From the NCBI GenBank assembly GCA_030704615.1, contig CM060734.1, positions 6,882,001 through 6,946,000 of the forward strand: a DNA stretch of 64,000 bases. The letters run 5' to 3'. The DNA comes from Takakia lepidozioides (Eukaryota; Plantae; Bryophyta). Every line of letters begins with the position of its first letter. Positions within the stretch are counted from its first letter, which is position 1. Below, piece by piece: positions 52,200 to 62,234 of the stretch. The position numbers were made by a program, and so were the translations under genes. The notes beneath the pieces are model-generated. The model saw nothing but the letters and a program-made list of their open reading frames with translations. It was not told the DNA's origin and did no database searches.

Positions 52200-55100
52200 G
52201 CTTCATCATTAGCATGTAACTAATCTAACCGGTGGGTCAATTACAATACCCTAGATGAATCTGATTTAACAACACTCCCCCTCGATCTGAAGATGGGTAT
52301 TTCAGAGCGTCCTTATTGATAATTGGCTTCATTGCGAAGGAACTGTCACTACTGAATATTTACAAGTCCTAATTGTCCTCTAAGCTTTTCGAATGCAGTT
52401 CTTCCCAGGGATTTCGTCAATATGTCAGCCAGTTGTTCTGTTGTAGGCACGTGATTCACTTCGACCTCCCCTGAAATGATCTTCTCTCTCACAAAATGGT
52501 GCTTTACCTCAATGTGTTTTGTCCGTCCGTGATAAACTGGGTTGTGCGCCAAGTTGAGGCTTCCTTGGTTGTCACCGTAAATGGTCGTGGACTGTTTTGA
52601 ATCTTGGATTCCGATTTCCCCTAGCAGCCTCCACAGCCAAACGGCCTCCTTGGTGCCTTCGGTCAAAGCCATGTACTCTGCTTCAGTCGATGAAAGCACC
52701 ACCGTAGGTTGCTTCTTGCTGTTCCAAGTGATCGGAGTGCTCCCGAGCATAAACACATATCCTGTTGTCGATTTTCTGTCGTAGGCATCGCCTGCCCAAT
52801 CGGCATCCGTAAATCCAAACAGATCATCATCCTCCCCTCGCCAATACAACAAAGCAAAATCGATTGTACCTCATAAGTACTTATAGATGTGTTTCACTGC
52901 CTGAGCATGAGGTTCTTGCGGCTGGGACATAAATCTGCTCACAACACTGACTGCAAATGCTATGTCAATTCTAGTATGAGTCAGAAAAATCAACTTGCCC
53001 ACCATTCATTGGTAGCGTGCTATATCTGCAGGTGGACCCCCCATGTCGGGAACAAGCTTGATCTTCTCAGGCAGTGGTGTGTGAGTAGGATTGCAGTCGG
53101 AAAATCAAATTCCTTTAGCATCTCTTTGATGTACTGTCTCTGAGTAACCATGATTCCTTCATCCACGAATATAAATTCTAGTCCAAGTGAGTATGACAGG
53201 AGACCTAAGTCTGACATCTCGAACTCCTTTTGAATTTCTTCTCGTATCAAAGCTATGCGTTCATCGTGGTTGCCAGTAAGGTAGACATCATCAACATAGA
53301 GAATGAGCAAAACAGTTTTCCATTTTTCTTCGTAGAAGTAAAGGTTGTAGTCTGCATTCGACTTGAACAACCCTTGACTCTTGAGGTAAGCATCGACCTT
53401 ACTGTACCAGGCTCTAGGTGCCTGTTTCAGACCATAGAGTGCCTTTTTGAGTTTGTAGGCATACTCACCTATGGAAGCTTCAAAGCCTGGAGGTGGTAAG
53501 ACGTAGATTTCTTCTTCTAGAATTCCGTTGAGGAATGCTGTCTTAACATCCAAGTGGAAGATTTTCCACCCCTTGTGTGCTGCCAGAGCTACCATGCTTC
53601 TCAAGGTGTTCCACTTCACCACAGGAGCAAAGGTTTCCGTGTAGTCCTGCCCTTCCTTCTGTTGGAATCCCTTGGCCACCAGCCTCGCTTTGAGTTTTGC
53701 TGCCGATCCATCTGCATTTGTTTTTACGCGGTATATCCACTTGGTGGCAATGGGCTTTCTGTCATGAGGTAGATGAACTAATTCCCCCAAGTGTCGTTCT
53801 TGTAAATGGATTGAAGCTCATTGTCCATTGCCTCCTTCCACCCAGGATGCAACATGGCCATCTTGTGATCCAAAGGCAAGTCGATCAACTGGATCTCTTC
53901 AGCGGCATTAATGTGATAGTCTTGAAATCTGGTGGGAATTCGACTTACTCTGCCACTCCTGGTAACTGAGGTGGGTAGGTCTAGAGTTGCTAATCGTCTT
54001 CTTTGGTACGTCTTCAGCGGCACAATGGTACGAGCAGGTGGATCGAGACTCATTGGTGGCTGAATGAGGAATTCTTCAGGGTTGATGGCGATCGATCCTG
54101 CATGACCACTTTCCTCGATTATCCCTTCCGAAGAAACTTCCTCCGAGCCTTGAGTCATATCGTAAGCGGGGGACGGGAGTGCCACCTGAGATGCTTGGAT
54201 TTCTCCCTCATGACCTAATTGTGCAGCGTTGAAAGGATGATCTCCTTCTTCCTTTCCCTCAGTCATTAGCCACTGAAATTCCTCTCATGGCTTGGAGCCA
54301 AACTTGATGATCTCAGAGAATGGAAAAATGCTCTCATCAAACTTGATGTCCTTGGTTATAAGAACCTTTCTGGTCTCTCGATTATAGACTCTGAATCCCT
54401 TTGAGGTGGAGTCATAACCAAGAAAAGTGCACTCAGTGGCTCGTGGAGCCCATTTTTCTCTGGCAGGTGAGGTATTCAGCACGTACGTTCGACAACCAAA
54501 AACTCGAAGGTGCCTCACTGATGGTTTAGTCCCCGTGATCCTCTCGTATGGAGTATCCCCATTGTTGGCTCGAGTGGATGATTGGTTGATTAGGTAATTT
54601 GCAGTGTTAACTGCTTCAGACCATAAGTGAGCAGGTAGATTGCTTTCAAAAGCCATGCTCCGTGCTCACTCCAACAAGCTCCTGTTTTTCCGCTCAGCTA
54701 CTCCGTTTTGGTGTGGAGTGTGAGCTTGAGTTAGCTGCCTCACAATTCCGTTATCACCACAGAACTTGATAAACTCGTTTGAGGTGTATTCACCTCCCCT
54801 GTCTGAGCGTATGGCTTTAATTTTTGAGCCTCTCTGAAGTTCAACAGTAGCCTTAAATTGTTTGAACTTAGTCAGAGTCTCGCTTTTCTTCTTCAAAAAA
54901 TAGAGCCAGGTATATCGACTGAAGTCATCAGTCATGGTGAGTATATACCTCGATCCAGAAGCTGATTTGGTGGAGAGAGGTCCACATAGGTCAGTGTGGA
55001 TTAGGGCCAGGGGCTCCTCTGTTTGTCGAGCTCCATGCTTTGGGGCCCGCTCCCGTGATTCTTTGCATGCATCGCAGATGTTTGCCCTTGCTCCCTTTTT

Positions 55101-56040
55101 TGGCTTTGCCAGTGTGGCATGCAATGCAGAAATGGTCTGGAATTGTGATTTGAGGCAGTCCTTCAACCTTAGCATTTGAGGCCATCAACTGTAGACTTTT
55201 GAAGTTAACATGCCCCATTCTCCTGTGCCAGGGGAGTGCGTTCTTTTCTGCTGTGTCGGCCTCAATGCTTTCAGCAACATTTATTTTCTAGGTGGTCTGA
55301 ATTTGTAAAGGCCATTGGACCTATCCCGTTGGCCGATTGTCACCACATGACGAGATTCTGGTGTAGGGAAGTTGTTCAGTATCCAGACTCAGCTTGAATC
55401 AAAGAGAACTTTGTGTTTCTTGTCAGCAATAGATCCTACTGAAAGCAAGTTTTTCGTGATACCCGGTACATGCAGAACCTTCTCAGATTTTATTGCTCCA
55501 TCTACAGTGGGAATCTTCACATTGCCCTTTCCCTTTACAGCGAGAGCTTCTCCCCCAGCAGTGTTGATGTTGGAGCTACCACCCTTCTCATATTCACAGA
55601 GTAGGTTTTTGTGACCAGTGACATGCTTGGAGGCACCACTGTCTATGAACCATTCTGCAATCTTCTGATCAGCCAGATTCAACTCAGTTATATTGGCTGC
55701 TAGTTGTGTGGTCTCAAAGAACTCCTCATCCTCATCATCACTTGTAAAATTGTCTACAAGGCTAGCAACATTAACAGTTAATTCCTCCTTGCGGTTTGCC
55801 TTGCGCTTGGCCAGTTCGGTAGCTAGCTCAGGGCAGTTGCGCATCCAGTGGTCCGCCTTGCCGTAGTAGTGACACTCGCCCTTCTTCTTGTCACTCGTAG
55901 CACCCGATGCAGTTTTGCGGCTGGTCAGGTTGTGCTTGTAATGCCCCTTAACAAGTAATGCTTCTCCATCCCCACGTTTCCCGTGATTGACTTCACGTCT
56001 TATGTCATCCTGCATGAGAATAATCATCAGTTCTGCTACA
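52200..56040 (-). mobile_element. Ty1/Copia LTR retrotransposon, 5'-truncated (zinc knuckle, protease, integrase, RT, RNase H, PPT, start of 3' LTR)
   Basis: WFIDSGASKHVT; LIHTDLCGP, IRSDRGGEY, PHQNGVAERKNR; KARLVAKGF, LDVKTAFLNG, LYVDD; [33 protein letters not shown] gagggggag next to tgtt at ~52274. The far end of the 3' LTR was not determined. Confidence 0.95.
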
Positions 56041-56044
56041 GAGC

Positions 56045-56191
56045 GAATAGGTTTAGGTTGGGGGGGGTTTGGAATTGGATGTATTAGCCAGAAGGGGTGC
56101 GTATGTGCAGTGTGGATGGGGTCTGTGGGGGGTTCTACTGGGGGTTTGGACGCCCCTAGTTGGGCAAAGAGGTCAGCCTCCTCGTTCCCGT
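56045..56191 (-). pseudogene. Short RNase HI-like fragment (probably non-LTR/LINE-derived)
   Basis: NGNEEADLFAQLGA matches the RNase HI C-terminal motif GNExADxLA. Confidence 0.5.
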
Positions 56192-56718
56192 TGTCGTGCG
56201 CATACGTATCGCTACACAACTACATCGCTGTCCAAACCACACCACACATATATGCACAATAAAGTAGTCTGCCACAATGATAAAAAAGCTAAGAACACAC
56301 TGTTCACACAAGAAACAACATGAATCCAGCAGCATCACTCTTTAAGATAATAGTCGAGCCAGAGGCACCCCAAGCTATGGGGACTCCACCCCACAACAAC
56401 CTATACTCCATACATAAACACACTCAGATTCTAAAGCATGAAGGAGCTCGGTCGCGCAGGCTCAACTCGAGAGAGATGAGCTGCGCAACTGACGTTCTCG
56501 TGAAGATAAGACGGTTCAGGTGTCAAACTAAACTTGACACCTGATTTAACACTTGACCTAAATCCAAGTGTTAAATACAAATAACTAGCTTTATTCTAAT
56601 TAGTTTCACACTGTGCTTATTTAACTTGACAGCTGTCGTGCGCATACGTATCGCTACACAACTACATCGTTGTCCAAACCACACCACACATATATGCACA
56701 ATAAAATAGTCTGCCACA
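56192..56718 (-). repeat. 3' LTR region with B-A-B structure (~86-bp direct repeat at both ends)
   Basis: 56192-56278 and 56634-56720 are near-identical (tgtcgtgcgcatacgtatcg...gtctgccacaat). A G-rich PPT (minus strand ctagggggg) at ~56721-56731. Confidence 0.75.
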
Positions 56719-56977
56719 ATCGCCCCCCTAGCTGGTGGATAGGTCCCTCTAACTCCAGATAGCTACAAGATGTAATAGCCACAGCCGTACTAAGTCCTCT
56801 ATCACTGTCCCTATTGTACTCAAACTCTATTGACCAAGAGGCCGGGTACAAGAGTAGCCCTATCGTTAGTCGCCGTCTTGCAATCTGTGAACTTGAGCCA
56901 GGATCTCGTGTATTCAAGGTCTCCTGTAGCTGGGAATTGCGTTGCTTGTTAGCCTTCCATGGTTGTATCCACTCCCA

Positions 56978-58230
56978 CTATCCAATGCAATGTGGACATA
57001 ACCAATCCCCATCCGGAACCATCTCAAGAGGTGGAGTCAAGCATCCCATATGCCAACCTCTAGAGCATCGATCACACACCAGCATGGTGGCTGCCTTTCT
57101 AGCAGACCCACACAACATGCACCTCAAACTTGCAGATACCACTGCCAGGTTTGGGTCAATCATGCCATCGACATTCGGAAGGTGACATGGCGCACAATTA
57201 CGCACATGGTCCTTCCAAGTTATGCCATCCCGACCCTCCAAGACCAAGACGCCTGAGGGTAAGACCTCTCGAACCCTCAAAATAACACATCTTGCAGTCA
57301 CATCCAAGGTCGTAGGAGCAGTCTGCTGCAGATAGACGTAGTCACCAGGGTTGAATCTCCGAACCCCAGGACGATAGCCTCCACCACGTATGGTAGCATA
57401 CCTCAACGTATCACGGTGTTGTGCAATGGCAAGGTTCTCGAAAGCCATGGGCATGACTTTCTTGAACAACTCTGCACGCTGCTCACATGCACGTGTCCAC
57501 ACGTCCGGATCGTCAAGATTAAGAACTGTAGCAGCTTTTCTGCGAATGGATGTAGGCAAATCCGGCTCTCGGCCAAAGAGAAGAAAGTATGGTGAGAAGA
57601 AGGCAAGTGATGCTTGCTTGTTGAACCTGTAGCCCATGGCTAACCAGGGTAACTGAAGGTCCCAATCTCCTAGGTGTCCATTTTGCAAGCCATACTTGCG
57701 CAAACCCCTCTTTACTATCTGAACAACTCTCTCTGCCAAGCCATCGGCCTCGGGATGATTCCGAGAAGTGGTGCGGTGGTCTATCAAGGCCTTGTCACAC
57801 AAAGCCTGAAACTCTCCCAAGAACTCTCTCCCTTGGTCCGTGAGTACCTCAGCTGGAGCACCGAATCGGCTAAGCACACAATCCAAGAATGCATACGCAG
57901 ATCCCTCACTAGCCTTATCAGGCAATGGAACCAACTCAATCCACTTGGAGAAGTGCTCCACCATCACCAACACGTACTTGTTGTGGCGCATGGTCAGTGG
58001 CAACGGCCCTGCGAAGTCAAGACTCCACCTGTAGCCCAATCCCATGATCGGAAGAGGGTGCAATTGTGGAGTAGGGGTGTTGAATGAAGCACGCACCCTG
58101 TCACACACCATGCACCTAGCCACAAATTATTGTACCTCTGTGTGCATATCACGCCACCAATACTGCCCCTGCAATAGACTATGAGTGCGTCACACCCCAA
58201 AATACCCCAACTCCTCATGGGCATGCCGCA
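56978..58230 (-). CDS. Gypsy integrase with C-terminal PHD finger
   Basis: DDE core, then CMLCGSARKAATMLVCDRCSRGWHMGCLTPPLEMVPDGDWLCPHC (C4HC3). Confidence 0.92.
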
Positions 58231-58288
58231 CTAACCGTGCCCGCTGTGTTGGGTGAGGCACAATCCTCACTCGACCATCCTCCCACAC

Positions 58289-59986
58289 TCAGAGCAGGTG
58301 TGTCCCCTCCCACTTGAACCTCTTGGCTCGTTGTAGGACCCGATCCCTCTCCTTGGCAGTCACAATGGCTGTAGTGTCTCCAGTGCGGAGGTAGTCCAAC
58401 ACAACTGAATCCTTATGTATATCTTTTGCGCCACCTTGCTCATTGCTGGCCTCAAGGTCCTCAGACACTTGATCTACAGTCATCCCTGTTGCAGGTCCAA
58501 CCTGGCCTTCCGCTGCCAAGATACACAGAAATGCAGATGCATGCCATCCAGACACCATCTCCTCGTCTGTCTCACCATGCCACCGAGCTCCAGTGTCATC
58601 CTGTTGGCTCGTGCATGGATTGCGACTCAACCCATCTGCATTGCGATTGACCAAACCCGGTCGATGCACCACCTAAAAGTCATACTCTTGAAGGATGAGT
58701 GCCCACCGTGCAAGCTTCCCCGTAAGCTTGTCTGACTCCATCAACCACTTGAGTGGTTGGTGATCCGTGACAAGGGTGAAGAGATTGTCGTATAGATAAC
58801 ACCTGAAGTGTGCCACGGCCCACACTGCAACTAAGCATTCTCCCTCATATGAGCTATACTTAGACTTTGCAACGTTGTTCGAGCGGCTAGCATAAGCCAC
58901 TACGAACTCTCTTCCCTCATCATCCACATGTGTGAGCACCGCTCCAAGCCCCAGCATGCTCTAATCTGTATGCAGCTCAAAAACACGCCCCCTGATAGGT
59001 CATCTCAAGATGGGCGCCGAGGTCAACCTCGCCTCGAGCTCTTGAAAAACTTGTTCTTGCTCATCTTCCCACTGCCACTCCTGGTCCACCTTGGTCAGCT
59101 TGGTTAGAGCCTTTGCAATGGCACTAAATCCCTTAACAAACCGTCTATAATAGTTTGCTAACCCCATGAAAGCTCGAACTCGGCTCACATCCGTGGGGCG
59201 TGGAACCTGTGCAATGGACTCTACCTTAGTCTGTTGTACCCCCAATCCTCCAGGATATATCATGTGACCCAGATACTCAATCTGGTTGTGGAAAAACTTG
59301 CACTTTCCCGGATGTAACTTCAATCCGTGCGCCCTCAAGCGCTCAAATACCCCCTGAAGGTGTCTCTCATGCTCTTCCACCGTAGCACTAAAGATGATGA
59401 TGTCATCTATGTAGCACCGAGCAAACTCCACCCCTGCTAGAATCTTGTCCATGACTCTCTGAAACTCTGCCGGAGTGTTCTTAAGCCCAAATGGTAAGAA
59501 CCGCCACTGATATAGGCAATCCTTCCCGTGCTCATTGATCCCCCAGAATGTCGTCTTTTGCTTATCCGCCTCCTTGATCGGCAACTGGTGATATCCGGAT
59601 CGTAAATCCAACGTGCTAAAGACCTTGGCATGCCCAATGGCATCAAAGATCTCCTCTGGTGTTGGCATGGCATACCTATCGGACTTGGTCTGACGATTTA
59701 CAGGCCGGTAATCACCGCACATACGTCTCTCCGTCCAATTGCCAAAGACATCCTTCTTGGCTGGCATCACTGTGGCTGAAGCATACTCTCCCCCAGATAG
59801 CTCCACCAAACCAGCCTCCCAAAGGTCCTGAGTTCTCATCTGAATCAAGGACCTCTCCATGTCACTGTATCTATAGGGTCTCCGAAAGATTGGCATGTCA
59901 GTAGCCAATTCAATGCGAATCTCTTGACCCTTCAGTGCTCCTAAGTCCTTCAAACTGAAGGCAAAGCAGTTCTTGTAAGCCCTCAA
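58289..59986 (-). pseudogene. Gypsy reverse transcriptase and RNase H (in-frame stops)
   Basis: ORFs 59000-59986, 58673-58957 and 58289-58672 share one frame with the integrase ORF. Confidence 0.95.
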
Positions 59987-60167
59987 GAACCGCCGTATAC
60001 GTCGTCTCTCTCCTCCGGTGACTATAGGTCCAACATCAGGCTCCTAGTTGTCCTCCGTGACTGCAATCTTGAGTCCAGCAGGCTTAGAGGTAGAAGACGC
60101 GTCCCGTGGTTGTTATGCTGCAACCTCTTGAGCAGTGACCACTACCTCCTCTGTCAGTGACAATGTC

Positions 60168-62216
60168 TCATCCTGCCCCCATCATCCCATTCTTGAGGAC
60201 CTCCTCAATCCGAGAAAAATCCCCAACCTGATCCATCACCGCCGCCTTGGCTGCCAACTCCTTCTGAACCTCGAGCACCTCCCACGTGTGCCATGGATGC
60301 GGCCTGCACCTCGTGGTCCTCACCTGCTTGCCCCCACTCGCTGTCTGTACCGTCTCGGTAGGCGGGGAGACCATGAAGGGAAGTGTACTTTGTATTCTGC
60401 GCTGCTCAGCCATAGCCAAGCTGATAATCCAGGTCAAGCAATTGAGATCCATTGTTTGCCCCAACACCTGACGACGTGATGCCTCAGACAGAGATGGCAC
60501 CGCCATGGTACCAGTGGTAAAACCCATCGCTCGCTCGCGCTCGTCAGCATTGGGCTCCACTAATTGTTGCAACTGGCTATCCCACAAGAGGCCAGGTCCA
60601 CCATCCCGAAAAGCATGAGATCCTGGGAAGCTGAGCAGTGTAGGTAATGCTGCTCGTGGTTGATTCACCCTGTTGACCACTGCCAAAGGCGAACGGTCAT
60701 CGTGTCTCATACGTTGAGACTGCCTCCCTGTGTCCAAAATGCTATCCACTGTGAGGTGTGCTGGCCGCTGCACCCCATCAAATGCACGCTTGAGCAGTGC
60801 GGGTGGCATCAAGTTAGTCCACCATAGCCGTGGACGATGAGCCCGTGACCCCACTGCAGCTGCATCCAGCAACACTGCTGACCCAAGCCACGACCGGACT
60901 TGATGCACACTGGCCATCACCCTGGCCCGAGAATCACCCATCGGTGGCACATTCTCCAAGATGTATGCTGGAAATACAGCTTGATGAAGCTGCAAGTGGC
61001 GCAAAACCCGCACCATCTCCCAAAACAGACCCGTCCTCGAGTCTCGCAATCCATTGCCATGCCCGGCTGATGAATGCCCTTGGCAGGGCCAACCTGCCAC
61101 TACCAGATCAATGGAGCCAACCTGCTCCAAATCCTGCGCCCCCAGCAACGAAATGTCTGCTGGCAAGGCTTGTTGGTATCCACGAACTGCAGACACTGAC
61201 AACAAATCAGGGTACTGCTGTACCAACTGAGCAACATGGCGTAGTGAGACGTGTCGTGCAGTCTCATCCCTCTCTACATACAGGTAACGTTGAACTCGTG
61301 CACCTGCCTGCAGCACTGCAGCCAATCCAGTGCTGATCCCGCCAAACAAGTCCAGAAGGCATATGCCTTCATCCGGGCACTGCCACACAAGAGGTGTGGT
61401 ATCCAATGGCGACAACTGAGGTGGTCCTGGTGCAATCACCGCACTCTCCTCTTTTCCTGACGGTATGAAGGCCTCTACCCAGGCTTGTTGCACCCGTCCA
61501 TCAGCAGCCTGCTGCAAATCCTTGCTCGTACCCCACAATGGAGTGTGAGCAACCATGGCAGGCAACTCCGCCGTACCATGCATGTCATCTTGCTCTGCTG
61601 AAGGTGGCACATCCTCTGCATGGGCATTGCCTTCCAGCAACTCTCCAGGCCAACTAACTACAGCTGTAAAGGTGGCTAGTGTTGGCATTTTGTCCCGCTG
61701 GGCAGCCGCAATATCCCCAATGAATGTCACAGGGAGCTGTGCACAACGACCATGCCCTGACTGCCATCCAGGCCTGTAGGATGCTGACTCCTCCCAAAAG
61801 TCCAGGGTGAAGCCCATGGGATATAACACTGCCCCACCAACAAGGACATCGTAAGAGACTGCGTCTGTCATAATGGCTTTGGCTCGCATCACTGAGCCAT
61901 CTATAGGATGATCCGGCTGCAGTCTAATGGCCAACTCACGCCGTGTCATGCCCCGAGCCTGCTCTGATCCTCCCAGAGATGTCTGTATCTGAAAAGGACA
62001 AGGCTCCATATCCGCCTCCATGAGGCCCAAACCTGCGATAGCAGCTCTGTCCAACATCAATGGCTGAGCTCCCGAGTCCAACAAGACCCGAAGTGGCTGG
62101 TACTTCTTGCCTGCCGGTCCACTCAATGAGAAAATGCCCTCATGGTTGTCTAACAATACAACTCCAGGTGTCACCATGGCGCGCTCAAAGGCTGGCCTAG
62201 CTGGTAGCTCCGTCAA
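60168..62216 (-). CDS. Aspartic protease fused in frame to a DNMT3-like DNA (cytosine-5) methyltransferase (MTase domain ~61367-60420)
   Basis: Motif I LLDLFGGISTG; II YLYVERD; III ADISLL; IV IDLVVAGWPCQG; VI YILENV; VIII AHRPRLWWTNL; IX ERERAMGF; X RRQVLGQTMD. Uninterrupted ORF. Confidence 0.93.
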   Translation of the reverse strand: MTELPARPAFERAMVTPGVVLLDNHEGIFSLSGPAGKKYQPLRVLLDSGAQPLMLDRAAIAGLGLMEADMEPCPFQIQTSLGGSEQARGMTRRELAIRLQPDHPIDGSVMRAKAIMTDAVSYDVLVGGAVLYPMGFTLDFWEESASYRPGWQSGHGRCAQLPVTFIGDIAAAQRDKMPTLATFTAVVSWPGELLEGNAHAEDVPPSAEQDDMHGTAELPAMVAHTPLWGTSKDLQQAADGRVQQAWVEAFIPSGKEESAVIAPGPPQLSPLDTTPLVWQCPDEGICLLDLFGGISTGLAAVLQAGARVQRYLYVERDETARHVSLRHVAQLVQQYPDLLSVSAVRGYQQALPADISLLGAQDLEQVGSIDLVVAGWPCQGHSSAGHGNGLRDSRTGLFWEMVRVLRHLQLHQAVFPAYILENVPPMGDSRARVMASVHQVRSWLGSAVLLDAAAVGSRAHRPRLWWTNLMPPALLKRAFDGVQRPAHLTVDSILDTGRQSQRMRHDDRSPLAVVNRVNQPRAALPTLLSFPGSHAFRDGGPGLLWDSQLQQLVEPNADERERAMGFTTGTMAVPSLSEASRRQVLGQTMDLNCLTWIISLAMAEQRRIQSTLPFMVSPPTETVQTASGGKQVRTTRCRPHPWHTWEVLEVQKELAAKAAVMDQVGDFSRIEEVLKNGMMGAG

Positions 62217-62234
62217 TCTGACAGCTGCAGCTTG

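Noticed and set aside
60168-62216. Host DNMT3/DRM gene interrupted by a retrotransposon, or bacterial contamination
   Set aside because: No introns, PWWP/ADD or UBA domains; in-frame fusion with the retroviral protease; collinear within a single gag-pol.
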